This document shows, piece by piece, positions 46,801 through 56,721 of a DNA stretch of 64,000 nt; position 1 is the first letter of the stretch, and every line of letters starts with the position of its first letter. The stretch covers positions 32,001 through 96,000 of the forward strand of contig JAVZCV010000002.1 in the NCBI GenBank assembly GCA_038874215.1, written 5' to 3'. The position numbers were made by a program, and so were the translations under genes. Below the pieces are notes generated by a model. It saw only the letters and a list, made by a program, of their open reading frames with translations, searched no databases and was not told the origin of the DNA. This stretch comes from Candidatus Micrarchaeia archaeon. Its GTDB lineage: Archaea; Micrarchaeota; Micrarchaeia; Burarchaeales; JAVZCV01.

Positions 46801-48262
46801 CACCAACAGTCAAAGCAGTGCCGCTACATGTTAGGTCCTCAGCTAAAGTTGTGTTTTCTGTTATTATATCTCCACATTCTGCGCTGACTATGCTCAGCGT
46901 GTATTCTGGACCTGTTAGCTTATTATCCGCAACATCAACCACATCGCATGTCCAGTTGTATGTTCCAAAAGGCAATGTCAAATTCCACGCATGTGCAGCA
47001 TTAGTGCCAGATACACTCACAGCATCATCAAACACTAGTCCATATTCGGTCCATACGTAAAACCTTATTTCCTTGAGGCCGACTAAATCATCCGCATAGC
47101 ACTTGAACTCAACGTTCTGGCTTTTCGTTACTGTGCCATTGCTTGGCTCAAGCGCAACACTCGGGAGGGTCGTATCAACAGTTAATCCATCGGAAGAGTT
47201 AACAGCGCACTGGCCAAGAGAGTCGCAGCCCTTCACGTTGAAGTAATACGTGCCGTCTGAGAGCGATAATCCCGTTATGGTGTATTCCTCAACATTTCCA
47301 ACATTAGTCCAGCTATAAACATCATCATCCCCGGGCGTAGTGCCGATTGAAACTTCATAATAAGCTATGCCGTTGTCGTCCGAGAAATCGTATCCGATGC
47401 CGTTCTGAACTCCCCAGCTCGCATAGTAGCTGTTCGGGTTGTTTGTGTAATCAACCTCATTATTCGGGTCGTTCGTTCCGTCCCAAACAGTCCCTGCTGT
47501 TGGCGGGTTATCAACCATCGTTATGTTGAATATGATAGGTCCGTAATCCACAACGCATGCAGAAACATTCCCGCCGTTCGTTGCGTTGTACGGATACTGC
47601 GAGCCAGAGTCGCCAAAACCATCCCCATTTGCATCCGTTATATTAAGAAGCTCTATGCCCACCCAATAGTTTCCCTGCCAAGTCCCATTTACATTCATTG
47701 AGAAAACATTATCGCACGGCCCCCCAGGTTTAACATACGCCAAGTAGCTTGAGGTTGAGTTAAATATATTGTATATAATAACGTTGTTCTTAGCTGCCTT
47801 GTCAATCCAAATTCCATACTCTGGGCTACCGACTACTATGTTGTTCCTTATTGTGCAGTTGTTTGAGCCACCCTGTATTTCTATGCCCACACCCGTAGCG
47901 TTAATAGTGTTATTCTCAACGGTAGCGTAGTCGTTGTCTTTTATTCGTATGCCATACGCATAGCCCTCTATAACGAAATTTCTTACATTAACATTGTTAT
48001 TATCTATTACAATTGCGGGTGCGCTGTTGAACTTCGTGTTTTTTATAGCATAGCCATTGCCGTCAAAAACCACATTCTTTCCTTTTATAGTAACACACGG
48101 CGCATCATCGGTTGAAATTATGTCTGCGCTTAAACAAACATAAGCATTGTTGTTATCCACAGCAGAATCGCATGAAGTGCAGGAATTGCAATAATCACTA
48201 CATGCTGCGAAAGTGATCCCAAAAAGAAGAAGCATAAAACACACTGAAGTAAAATTCTTCAT
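43811..48262 (-). CDS. Large cell-surface protein: two parallel beta-helix (NosD/PbH1-like) blocks, FN3/Ig-like domains, Cys-rich repeats, C-terminal TM
   Basis: Signal peptide, repeated GI.....NN.I..N units, GNYW, DTTPP-type domain starts, poly-Gly linker, TM plus basic tail. Confidence 0.85.
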   Translation of the reverse strand: MKNFTSVCFMLLLFGITFAACSDYCNSCTSCDSAVDNNNAYVCLSADIISTDDAPCVTIKGKNVVFDGNGYAIKNTKFNSAPAIVIDNNNVNVRNFVIEGYAYGIRIKDNDYATVENNTINATGVGIEIQGGSNNCTIRNNIVVGSPEYGIWIDKAAKNNVIIYNIFNSTSSYLAYVKPGGPCDNVFSMNVNGTWQGNYWVGIELLNITDANGDGFGDSGSQYPYNATNGGNVSACVVDYGPIIFNITMVDNPPTAGTVWDGTNDPNNEVDYTNNPNSYYASWGVQNGIGYDFSDDNGIAYYEVSIGTTPGDDDVYSWTNVGNVEEYTITGLSLSDGTYYFNVKGCDSLGQCAVNSSDGLTVDTTLPSVALEPSNGTVTKSQNVEFKCYADDLVGLKEIRFYVWTEYGLVFDDAVSVSGTNAAHAWNLTLPFGTYNWTCDVVDVADNKLTGPEYTLSIVSAECGDIITENTTLAEDLTCSGTALTVGADDVVLDCNGHTIIGDGTGYGVFVDNVDNVKVVNCTIINFTTGIYFESSDNSLAKYNRITSAALEGNLQGILVDSSTNVSVVENDIYLLSKGEMRSDNAAIILKMAADSLVSLNNITTTNFSGIGIKLINCEGNIVEQNDITTLLQWGFLIWLNESHENEIRDNTGTTHAFSAYGIYSENSTFNRYYGNTISSSGNSNYGLYVYGGGSNEYWDNVVETSGNESLLIRVSATRNNTFKDIRGTASGGGADGILIDQNSSSNLFENVEVSAAGESAGGVKFDGASNETFYNCAIITTKQNSPTIWFSLYPKGLININNNNLFENCTFSGPNQTYFEKDIIAGNNIYRNINGLDRYSIWFAEAKAENNVTIQWFVRVNVTETVSGGPVDGAAVSAEDANGGITDMGTTNALGLTDYFAMNDTLYRGAGDNITYNPVQFTAVKGVSYGVALENINENKNVTIFIIIDDTPPSPPGKPYYAGLMVNGYAPVRNLSFCWSASVENETGIDGYEFILSNETEPLNPLISKFIGDETCYVLSAEDEGNITDGQTYYVWVRANNTYGQWSDMSEGSDGVVVDIMPPSPIDDLNLTSSASILLTWTLPVDNTSGLDYQTTYRRVCGVGTYEAIANVSSTETTYKDEDATHGIIWQYKVVGTDFAGNTQSDGNEPCLLANLQPLVSTVEIMPPNATTLDNLTCNGVFTDPDEDSEGNSTYRWFINGTEVIGVNSATLPANMTNAGDVVVCEYTPVDEYGGVGEPVNSTTIVVGSAPSGGGGGGGGGDETPDEIPLDCGRNGVCVAACGSVDPDCPQPPPSLNCNEDGVCVAACGETDPDCIQKPPTQQGTTSNATTATTYGSELYMLIAPSGAYLGDNVTIILRDSNSQPVQGREIRVIGPTGAVMSVITNENGSARYPANAVGVYTYETPGISLVDKPTTTVYPRPQTPVVRTLQRSTGTQPPSPGIVGMFLGFAGSREFQLLSLLLLLLLVLAIYAISRRLRKGR

Positions 48263-48363
48263 CCAACGCACCTCCCATGCGACCAAACAGCCTCATCTTT
48301 TACGTTTTCTAATAAACCTTTTCCTAAAAAGGTGTTATATTTACGCATCTAACCTTTATAAAT

Positions 48364-49515
48364 TTACCTACCCTCCAGCCTCCTGTTTATATCTTCAAGC
48401 TCTCTCTCGTACTGTGAGGACATCTTCTCAAAAGTCTTCCTATCAAGCAAGCATTTTTCGTAGTAATCCTCTTGAAGCTTTTTAATCAGCAATACAAGCT
48501 CCTCCTTTCTTTTTTTCAGCTTTCCTCTCCTTATTCGCGGTAAAGCTACGAATAAAAAGAGCACAACTACCCCAATCATCAACCCCACAACCGCCAATAT
48601 ATATTGCTTGTTTTCCTCAAAAGTCTGTTTTATGCTCTTACTCACACGAAACCCAAATCTTACCTCACCCTCATTCCCCGCATCATCACGCACGTATGCG
48701 TGCGCATCAAAATACCCTTCCTCCGTGAACGCGTGCTCAAAACAGCATTCCTCAATTGTTCTATTGCCAAATTTCACCATGCAATACGGAATTTTGACGG
48801 GCTCTCCATTCTCGTATTTCGCAGTTATATTTATCATGCGCCTCTCTTCAAGCCAAGCGTCCCCAAAAAAGTTTGTACTCACATTGAGAGCAACACGCTC
48901 AACCGTTATGTTCTTTATCCCCTCCCCACCTAAAACAACATCCCCTGACCGTTTTAGCGCTATTACATGCACAGAATGCCTGCCGAGTGATGCGTTATGC
49001 CCTACGCAAAAAACGCCGCCATATCTACCAACTTCCCCAAGAGAACTGAGCGATATTTTCCCGATAGGCACAAATGCAAAAACGAGCGCATTCCCGACGG
49101 GTTCGCCCGCATCGGTAACAAAAACAGAAATGTTGTAGCAGTGCGTCCTCACCAGCCTATCGGGAGGGGAAAGAAAAGCCACCTTATAATATGCTGTTTC
49201 AGGACTTCTTGCAACGGTGAAGTTTTTCTCAACAGTTTCATTTCCATGCACAACCACTATCCTCCACATTCCAGAAGGGTCTGATTCCTTTATTGTGTAG
49301 TTCGTTTCAATCATATCATCTGAAAAAACGGTTCTCTGCATCAAATTATGCCCGTCCGCATACAGCATGAAAGTCGCATTCCCAATCGCATCGGTAGAAG
49401 CAATTAAGACATCCCCTGTTCTGAAAAGCTCGCCATTTACAGATAGGCTAAGAGCGAACGCAAACCCAGCGAGCCAAAGAATAAAAAAACACAAGAGCAG
49501 GCGCATAACCCTCAC
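48364..49515 (-). CDS. Cell-surface protein with C-terminal TM and SHOCT-like cytoplasmic tail
   Basis: Signal peptide, Ig-like segments, TM, tail IKKLQEDYYEKCLLDRKTFEKM. Confidence 0.75.
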   Translation of the reverse strand: MRVMRLLLCFFILWLAGFAFALSLSVNGELFRTGDVLIASTDAIGNATFMLYADGHNLMQRTVFSDDMIETNYTIKESDPSGMWRIVVVHGNETVEKNFTVARSPETAYYKVAFLSPPDRLVRTHCYNISVFVTDAGEPVGNALVFAFVPIGKISLSSLGEVGRYGGVFCVGHNASLGRHSVHVIALKRSGDVVLGGEGIKNITVERVALNVSTNFFGDAWLEERRMINITAKYENGEPVKIPYCMVKFGNRTIEECCFEHAFTEEGYFDAHAYVRDDAGNEGEVRFGFRVSKSIKQTFEENKQYILAVVGLMIGVVVLFLFVALPRIRRGKLKKRKEELVLLIKKLQEDYYEKCLLDRKTFEKMSSQYERELEDINRRLEGR

Positions 49516-51518
49516 GTTTTTTCAAATCTTTTTATCTCAGCCTCATATTCAGCGAGCAGCCTGTTGTATTCCTCCTTTGATATAGAACCCTCTTCAAAAT
49601 ATTGGTGTTCAAGCTTTTTGATGGCTGCCTCCAAGCTTTTTTTTCTCTCTTTAGTCCTCCTTCTTTTCATATACCCCACGAGCCTTTTTCCCAAAAACAA
49701 AGATGCAAGCGTTATAAGAAAAACTCCAGCACCGATAACCACCGAGTTTTCCCTTAGCACCAAAAATGCGTTTTTTCCCTTTACTTCAAATTTCGTATCA
49801 CTGCAACCCGCGTTTCCGTACGCATCCTCAACGCATACAGTCATGTTATACGCGCCCTCACTTTCTGGAATGAATGAGCCAACAAAAACACATTCCCCAG
49901 CCCGCTTCAACTCAAAGCTTCCATTCCCTACATTCGCAACCGCACCCAGCCCGCTCACATCCCCGCACTCTGCGACAGCGACGATCGGCACGCTATCCCC
50001 AACAGCAAAGGCAGTTCCTCTCGGTTCATCCAACCTGACAGAGATATTTTTAGCTACAACAACAAGTTCAATGCCCGTTTCAACATTCATCGTCGTATTT
50101 TTTTCATAAACCGCCGCACGCACGAGAAACCTTTGTTTCCCCAACGGTTCTCCAGCATGCAGCCTATAAAGCATCCCATATCTACCATCCTCCATGCTCG
50201 CCAGCTCAAAGCTCTGGTTTCTTGGGTTTATCATCCAAACACGTGCATCGTTCACATTATTGTCATTCAGCCTGACAACGACATCAAAAAAAACCTCATC
50301 CCCTCTCCGCACTACGCGAGTTAGAGGAGAAAGAATCTCTATGCTTGCATTCTCCTCCATTTCATAAACGAGCACATTAGCAGTAGCTCTTCCCGAATTC
50401 CCGAACTCATCCTCCGTTTCAACAGAAACGCTCCATGCGCCAACCAAATCAACAAAGGTAGTATGGTAGAAGCCTGAAAAACTGCCGTTTTTAATTTCAA
50501 TCACGCCCTCCACCTTTCCATCAGGCTTCACTATGCTCCAGCGCAGGTTTCCTCCAAAAGGCATTCCTCTTTTTTTAACCTTCCCGCTGAAGTTAAGATA
50601 GCCACCCCTCTCTACTTTATTATCAACGTATAGGAAAACATCAAGCTCTGGTTTTATGTTCATCAAAAAATTCCCACTTCCCTGTGCGCTCAAGCGCCTT
50701 GCTTTGAGGGTTATCTGCCTTGCGCCAGCTGGCGCATCCCTTGAAATCTCAACCATGCCCCCAAAAACGCCATCCCGCTCACCCCCATCCCCATGCATAC
50801 CATCGTCAAGCAATTTTAGAGAGCCAAAGAATCCGATTGCCTCAACCTCAAATCCAGCGGATGGAACACCGTCTGCAAGCACGGTTGCGTTTATCAGCGC
50901 TTTCTCGCCTCTCATAAAATATTCTCCGCTTGAAGGGTTATGAACATTGAATTTTATTGAAGAAGGGAGGCAATCAGCCCTGCACGTCCTGTAATTCTCG
51001 CCTCTCTCACAGAGCAGGTTGCCACAGCACCCCCTCTTTTTTACACAAACACAGCCTGTGGGCGTGCATGCCGGCTCTTCACATAGGCCTCCGCATGCTA
51101 AATATGCGGCGCACGCCCCGCAGTCCTGCGGGCATGTGCATGCGTTCTCGTTTGGGCCACAAACACCATTCCCGCATTCCTCCACGCAGTCAGTTTTGCA
51201 TGCACCGTCCTCCTCACCGCTCTCGCAAATCCTGTTCCCGCAGCAATTCGGCTTAAACTTAGGCATGCATTCACCACCCATGCATGCAAACTCTAAACAT
51301 TTTCCTTCAGGCACATCCCCGCTGCATACACCGCAGTCTATGGGGCATGAGCATTTGTTCTCATTTCTCTCGCATCTCCCATCACCGCATGCGCCCGCAC
51401 AATCTATATCGCTATATATAGTGCATTCGCTCGGGCATATTCCATCAAAATCTACGCAGTCCCCTGAAACCAACGAATAAAAAAGAAAGAGGATAAGCAG
51501 AAAAACAAAAAGCCGCAT
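49512..51518 (-). CDS. Cell-surface protein with Cys-rich CG(D/N)xxC repeats, DDG.HGDG motif, TM and SHOCT-like tail
   Basis: Four CG(D/N)xxC...E....C..DC units; LLDDGMHGDGGERDGVFGG; tail IKKLEHQYFEEGSISKEEY. Confidence 0.8.
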   Translation of the reverse strand: MRLFVFLLILFLFYSLVSGDCVDFDGICPSECTIYSDIDCAGACGDGRCERNENKCSCPIDCGVCSGDVPEGKCLEFACMGGECMPKFKPNCCGNRICESGEEDGACKTDCVEECGNGVCGPNENACTCPQDCGACAAYLACGGLCEEPACTPTGCVCVKKRGCCGNLLCERGENYRTCRADCLPSSIKFNVHNPSSGEYFMRGEKALINATVLADGVPSAGFEVEAIGFFGSLKLLDDGMHGDGGERDGVFGGMVEISRDAPAGARQITLKARRLSAQGSGNFLMNIKPELDVFLYVDNKVERGGYLNFSGKVKKRGMPFGGNLRWSIVKPDGKVEGVIEIKNGSFSGFYHTTFVDLVGAWSVSVETEDEFGNSGRATANVLVYEMEENASIEILSPLTRVVRRGDEVFFDVVVRLNDNNVNDARVWMINPRNQSFELASMEDGRYGMLYRLHAGEPLGKQRFLVRAAVYEKNTTMNVETGIELVVVAKNISVRLDEPRGTAFAVGDSVPIVAVAECGDVSGLGAVANVGNGSFELKRAGECVFVGSFIPESEGAYNMTVCVEDAYGNAGCSDTKFEVKGKNAFLVLRENSVVIGAGVFLITLASLFLGKRLVGYMKRRRTKERKKSLEAAIKKLEHQYFEEGSISKEEYNRLLAEYEAEIKRFEKT

Positions 51519-51522
51519 CTGA

Positions 51523-52260
51523 TCACTTTATCCTTTCCTCATCCCTTATCACTATTCCCTCGTTTGTTATCTCATACGGGACTATCCTTCTGCAATGTGC
51601 AGACCACCGAAGCTTCAGTATTTCAAGCGCCCTCTGCCTTGTAGTGCCGTTCCTTAAATTATAAAACACAATGACTGCATCGGAGAGAAACTCTTCAACT
51701 CCAAGATGGCTGTATTTTTGCGGTTCTTGCTCCGTTTCCGTTATTGCGAATGTTATGGCGTTGTAGCCTGAAAGCGTTTTGAATAGATAACGAAGGTATA
51801 TCCTATACTCCTCAATATTCTCCATAAATGCGGTGGATAAGGCAGTCAGGGAATCTATCGCAACCCTTTTGGGAACAAAAGGAAGAGCGAAATCCCTAAC
51901 TTTTATCATAAGCTTTCTCCTGCTTTCTGCAACCGCTGCTTCTATTCTCCTTGCAAGCTCAAAAGGATCAAGCATCAAGACTGCAAAATCCCCCTTCTTC
52001 TCCAGCTTTTCAATATCCCACCCATAGTTCTCTTTCATATGAAACTTCAGGTTTTCCGTTGGCTCTTCAAAGGATATGTAAATAGCCTTCTCACCAATCA
52101 AGGCGCTATTGTATAACGATTGCATGCAGAACGTGCTCTTCCCAGTACCGCAGCCGCCAGAAACAAGTATAACGCTACCCCTCTCTATTCCTCTCCTCTC
52201 TATCATGTTGTCAAAAGTTGAAACTCTCGCAGGCACTATCTCAAAGCTCTTTTCAGCCAT
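51523..52260 (-). CDS. KaiC/RAD55-like ATPase
   Basis: GGCGTGKS, YISFEE, IDSL, GVEEFLSD and ALEILKLR motifs. Confidence 0.9.
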   Translation of the reverse strand: MAEKSFEIVPARVSTFDNMIERRGIERGSVILVSGGCGTGKSTFCMQSLYNSALIGEKAIYISFEEPTENLKFHMKENYGWDIEKLEKKGDFAVLMLDPFELARRIEAAVAESRRKLMIKVRDFALPFVPKRVAIDSLTALSTAFMENIEEYRIYLRYLFKTLSGYNAITFAITETEQEPQKYSHLGVEEFLSDAVIVFYNLRNGTTRQRALEILKLRWSAHCRRIVPYEITNEGIVIRDEERIK

Positions 52261-52307
52261 AAGCGCACCACTTTATCTTTCTCTACCAACCTATTTACTT
52301 CTTTCTC

Positions 52308-53132
52308 TTAATATGTTGCCTCTATTGCAGCCCCGAGCGCAAGCAAAACAACTGCAAGAATAACTAAAACTAAAACATCGACCACTATGCCCAAATAGTT
52401 GCACTTTCTCCCCATGCACCTGTGCTCTACTGCGAGAGACATTATGCCTCCTGCTATGCTCGCCACAAGGAAAGCCAATATTTCAAACACACCATGGGGT
52501 ATTACAAACAAAATGCCTTCAAAAACGCCGTAGAGATATGCAAACGGATATGCAAAAAAGCCATAGTGCGAAAGAGACAACATACAACTCCTTATAGAAT
52601 TCTCCATGAAAACACCAAAAACAGACGCATTCCATATAAGCAGGAAAACTGCGCCTATGCTGTACAAAAACGAAGCAAGCAGCATTAGAAACATAATTAT
52701 TATATTATGTTGGAATATCGTATCAAACCTTTCTTTCATAAAAATCCCTGACGTCACAGTTCTAATGCTCTGGTAGCTCTCTTTCTGCTCCTCAAAGAGC
52801 ATCAGGGAAGCTTCTTTTGGTAGCACAGAAGCCCAGAATGCGAAAGACAAAGTCATGCCTATGAAAAAAATGCCATAGAGCTGTATAAGGCGCCAATGCG
52901 CTGAAATGAACCTCCTCCCGTTCTCTATCATCTTCTCTTCGCGCACGAGTATCCTGAGGAATACGACAACAGTCGGTATCGTGACAAGCGATACGATGAA
53001 AAAACCACCGCCCTGTGGATAGAAATAGAGCGCGAAGAGCACTGCGTAAGAAACGAATATGAAAGAAAGGATAACCCCGAGCCAAGGCTTTTTTTCAAGT
53101 TTTGAAATAGGCACTAGGTGCTCAAGGACCAT
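52308..53132 (-). CDS. SpoIIM/DUF95-family membrane protein
   Basis: IF.HN, WNASV.G and PHGVFEI motifs. Confidence 0.82.
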   Translation of the reverse strand: MVLEHLVPISKLEKKPWLGVILSFIFVSYAVLFALYFYPQGGGFFIVSLVTIPTVVVFLRILVREEKMIENGRRFISAHWRLIQLYGIFFIGMTLSFAFWASVLPKEASLMLFEEQKESYQSIRTVTSGIFMKERFDTIFQHNIIIMFLMLLASFLYSIGAVFLLIWNASVFGVFMENSIRSCMLSLSHYGFFAYPFAYLYGVFEGILFVIPHGVFEILAFLVASIAGGIMSLAVEHRCMGRKCNYLGIVVDVLVLVILAVVLLALGAAIEATY

Positions 53133-53204
53133 TCTCTCTCCGCATTAAACTTGCGCTTGCCTGTATAAATCTTTTCTTATCTCCTCCACCGCATCTTTTG
53201 AAAG

Positions 53205-54221
53205 CTAATCCCTTATCCCCTCAGCAGTTACCCTGAATACGCATTCCCCTTCTGGCAGGTTTGGTGAATCAACAAGCCTCGCTATCCGCTTGTCTGCCTT
53301 GCTCCTGCGGAGATAAACTCTGTATGTACAGTTGTGTGCTATCACATGCCCGCCTATCGGCTGCGTGGGATCGCCAAATAGTATGCTGGGGTTGTCCATG
53401 ACTTGATTTGTGACATAGACTGCGAGATTGTACCTGTCTGCGAGTTTTTGTAGAAGGTGTATATGCCTGTTAAGTTTCTGCTGCCTCTCGCCAAGAGCGC
53501 TTCTCCCCACATAGTCAGTCCTGAACTGCGCTGTTATTGAGTCAACAACTATCAGTTTTATGTTGTGTTTTTTTATCTCATCATCCGCCTTTTCTATTAA
53601 GAGTATCTGGTGGTCTGAGTTAATCGCGCGTGCCACGTGGATGTTTTTCAAGACTTCTTCAGGATCAAGCCCTTTCGCCTCAGCGATCATCTTTATCCTC
53701 TCAGGCCTGAATGTTCCTTCTGTATCTATAACAAGCGCCCCTCCTTCAAGACCTCCCTGCTCTTTCGGAAGCTGAACATTGACCATTAGCTGAAAGCCGA
53801 GCTGCGTTTTACCGCTCGCAAATTTGCCAAAGCATTCCGTAATTGCCTGCGTTTCTATCCCGCCGCCGAGAAGAGCATCAAGCTCTTTAGATCCCGTCGT
53901 TATCTTTCCTATAGTCTTTCTCCTCTCCATTATCGTATCCGCCCTCTCAAAATCCATCTTCAAAGCATCGCGCGCCCTTTCAATTATCTTCCTTGCAGTT
54001 TCAGCTCCGATGCCTGCCACCTCTTCAAGCTCAGGCGGAAAAGAAGCAGCTATCTTTTCCAACGTATCGTAGCCAGCCTCCCTAAGCTTCTCTGCAGTCG
54101 TTGGTCCCACACCAGGCAAATCTTCTATATCAACCACTTTCTCAACGATTTTTTCAACACTCTCCTCCTCTTTCTCTTCAATCTCAGCTTCCTCAACTTC
54201 TACATCCTTCTTCTTTCCCAT
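53205..54221 (-). CDS. radA: DNA recombinase RadA
   Basis: N-terminal Hh[36 protein letters not shown] and ERQQKL motifs. Confidence 0.97.
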   Translation of the reverse strand: MGKKKDVEVEEAEIEEKEEESVEKIVEKVVDIEDLPGVGPTTAEKLREAGYDTLEKIAASFPPELEEVAGIGAETARKIIERARDALKMDFERADTIMERRKTIGKITTGSKELDALLGGGIETQAITECFGKFASGKTQLGFQLMVNVQLPKEQGGLEGGALVIDTEGTFRPERIKMIAEAKGLDPEEVLKNIHVARAINSDHQILLIEKADDEIKKHNIKLIVVDSITAQFRTDYVGRSALGERQQKLNRHIHLLQKLADRYNLAVYVTNQVMDNPSILFGDPTQPIGGHVIAHNCTYRVYLRRSKADKRIARLVDSPNLPEGECVFRVTAEGIRD

Positions 54222-54281
54222 AAACCCACCACCCCTATATCTAATCGATTATTTTTAAAAGTGGGGAAGGTAACTTTCCAA

Positions 54282-55031
54282 TCAACAGGCATCAGCGCTC
54301 TCCCCCTCTTTATCTGCTGCATCAGCCTTTTTCTCCACTCTAATCTCGCCTTTTCCAACATGCAGCTCGCCGTTTTTCATATACCCGTTTTCAACAACTA
54401 TTATGTCCCCGAAGCGGAGCTCTGCCGCTATCGGCTTATCCCAGACAACCATCGGTATTGAACCAGTTTCATCTTCAATTATGAAGTTCGCAACAGTATG
54501 TTCTCCGTTCCTATCAAATTTTCTCATTTCCCCAACTTTTTTTATCATAGCCCGTATATTCACAGAGCGCTGGTCCGTCAAATCGGCAACCCTAAGCATT
54601 CCGCCTTTTTTCAGCAAAACTTCCGCTGTTGAAGGAATCCTTATCTCCCCGTCCTTCATGTAAAAACTGCTAATCTCCACAACATCGCCAGGGGCGGCGT
54701 TCTTTACCACCTCTGTCTGCTCATTCCACAGAACAACGATCTCTGTTCCGCTTGTTTGACCAACATTTTCATCAAGCCTTATCGCAACTCTCTGGACTTT
54801 TCCCTTTCTTCCGTCCCTCTCAAACTCATGAAGCTCAAAAAGCCTCACTATTTTACCTTTAATCCTCTTCGGCTGCATTTCCTTTTGCCCAATAATCCCT
54901 TCGTCCTTTGCTATTATAGTAAGCGCACCCTCATCGCTTATAAGGTGTGCGTATTCCTCTTTCACTTTTTCCAATCTTCTCCCGAGTTCATCCTCCCCAA
55001 GTTTTTCAGAAAGCAGCTTCTTCAAATCCAT
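54282..55031 (-). CDS. Replication protein A-like OB-fold ssDNA-binding protein
   Basis: LIS.EGA..IIA N-terminus; two OB folds (FERDGRKGKV...VLW; DETGSI..VVW); adjacent to radA. Confidence 0.85.
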   Translation of the reverse strand: MDLKKLLSEKLGEDELGRRLEKVKEEYAHLISDEGALTIIAKDEGIIGQKEMQPKRIKGKIVRLFELHEFERDGRKGKVQRVAIRLDENVGQTSGTEIVVLWNEQTEVVKNAAPGDVVEISSFYMKDGEIRIPSTAEVLLKKGGMLRVADLTDQRSVNIRAMIKKVGEMRKFDRNGEHTVANFIIEDETGSIPMVVWDKPIAAELRFGDIIVVENGYMKNGELHVGKGEIRVEKKADAADKEGESADAC

Positions 55032-55065
55032 GAAGCTTTTATATTCCCACAAAAATAAAAAATTC

Positions 55066-55617
55066 ATGCATCCAGTCGTTGATGGCATAAGTGTTATATA
55101 TGGAGTGGGCTTTTCCTCAAACGTATATATAATATCTGACAGAAAGCGCACATTCCTAATAGACTGTGGGCTTACGAAGCCCCGCCTGAAAACTGCGCCC
55201 GCCTTCGTTGTCCTAACGCATGGGCACATAGACCATACGCGCGGAGTATCGGGTAGCTGGAGGACGTTTATACACGAGGAGGAGCTAAACTATGTTCATG
55301 ATTCCAGAATCCCGAACAGCCTCCGAAAAATTTTCTACATCCCTAAAAATGCAGAGAAACTTGCAACACCCACCTTTGAATTTGGAGATTTTGAATTTGA
55401 AGTAGTTCACACACCAGGACATACGATAGGCTCAGTTTGTCTATTTGAGAAAACCAACAGAATCCTCTTCTCAGGCGATACCCTTTTCAGCGATGGCGAA
55501 TGCGGTCGCACTGATCTGGGAGGGGATGAAGGCATGATGAGCAATTCGCTACGAAAGTTAAGCTCCCTTAACTATGGGCTTCTCTGCCCAGGCCATGGAG
55601 AAATTTCAGAGCTATAG
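55066..55617 (+). CDS. MBL-fold metallo-hydrolase (glyoxalase II-like)
   Basis: THGHIDH, HTPGHT, FSGDTLF and PGHG motifs. Confidence 0.9.
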   Translation: MHPVVDGISVIYGVGFSSNVYIISDRKRTFLIDCGLTKPRLKTAPAFVVLTHGHIDHTRGVSGSWRTFIHEEELNYVHDSRIPNSLRKIFYIPKNAEKLATPTFEFGDFEFEVVHTPGHTIGSVCLFEKTNRILFSGDTLFSDGECGRTDLGGDEGMMSNSLRKLSSLNYGLLCPGHGEISEL

Positions 55618-55619
55618 CC

Positions 55620-56669
55620 TCACGGTTTGCATCTTCCTTCACCGCATCCTTTTGGGCAGAAAACGACGCTGCGCCCAAGCCTGAAATCATCAGCGCAGTA
55701 GTACTCAGTCAATTCGCTCGTCCTCCAATCGCACGCATCAACATACGTTCTCCTGCCTATCATAACATGTCCCATCGCATAAATATCATAACCACTTCCA
55801 TTACAGTATTCTATAATCGTTGGTGTCGGCGCATGCTGTTTCCCTGCAATGCTATCAAACAAATCAGCAAAATACCTCCATAACCAGAAAAGGAAAAACC
55901 TCAATGATTGGTAGTAGCCGAGCGGGGTATACCCCCACCCCCCACTCCACAACGCACCCAAAAATTCACGAGAGCTCTCATTAGAGCGCACTATTCTCTC
56001 CAAAATTCTCTCGCTTATATACAGATTGACCGTCGGGTTTGCGATAGGGCCTGCCTTGTAATCCTCAAGCTTACCGTACCTAACGACCGCCCCATACTCT
56101 TCCACGGTCCCGTTCTCCTGTTGCAAGTATATGTTAATCCTGTCATTCCCGAATATTTCCGAGAAATAGGAGGAATTAAGAAATGCCATAAGCGTTCTGT
56201 TTACTGTGCTTGCCTTCTCTATGCATCCCCTGCTTGTGCATACCTCACTATAATCACAAAATCTCCTACTGCTCCATTCCAAGCAGTAATCCGAATCGTA
56301 GTCCCCACATATCCTATACGAAGCCGAATCCATACATGCCCAATCAAAAGGGATGCATTCGTCAGTGCATTTATACTCATATGTCCTATTGCATTCGCTG
56401 TTGTCCGGTCCGCTTATATATGTGGAGGTTTTGTTGCAATCGGCATAAATACCGCAGTCTACACCGCAAACAATAAAATCAGAAGAGCATGAGATTACCG
56501 AAACAGATTCATTCAATATAGAGACAGCATACCTACAATAAAGCCCAACCTCATTAATCCGAGAGCAGTTTACCTTTGCAACCGTGTTGTCAAAAATGCA
56601 CTTCTGCATAGCCGCAGGAGCAGCGATTACAAGTGAGAAAATAAAAAAGGCAAGAAGTATTAAGCGCAT
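55620..56669 (-). CDS. Secreted Cys-rich hypothetical protein
   Basis: Signal peptide; CGDYDSDYCLEWS and D.C.....LTEYYC...CP.GC..G.C modules. Confidence 0.7.
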   Translation of the reverse strand: MRLILLAFFIFSLVIAAPAAMQKCIFDNTVAKVNCSRINEVGLYCRYAVSILNESVSVISCSSDFIVCGVDCGIYADCNKTSTYISGPDNSECNRTYEYKCTDECIPFDWACMDSASYRICGDYDSDYCLEWSSRRFCDYSEVCTSRGCIEKASTVNRTLMAFLNSSYFSEIFGNDRINIYLQQENGTVEEYGAVVRYGKLEDYKAGPIANPTVNLYISERILERIVRSNESSREFLGALWSGGWGYTPLGYYQSLRFFLFWLWRYFADLFDSIAGKQHAPTPTIIEYCNGSGYDIYAMGHVMIGRRTYVDACDWRTSELTEYYCADDFRLGRSVVFCPKGCGEGRCKP

Positions 56670-56721
56670 ATTACCCTATTTTAATATTTTCTTTTTAATT
56701 CTATACTCGCGGAGGGCGTCC

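Noticed and set aside
43780-48286. Integrated element at the tRNA-Glu 3' end
   Set aside because: No integrase and no duplicated tRNA 3' end (att site) was seen downstream.
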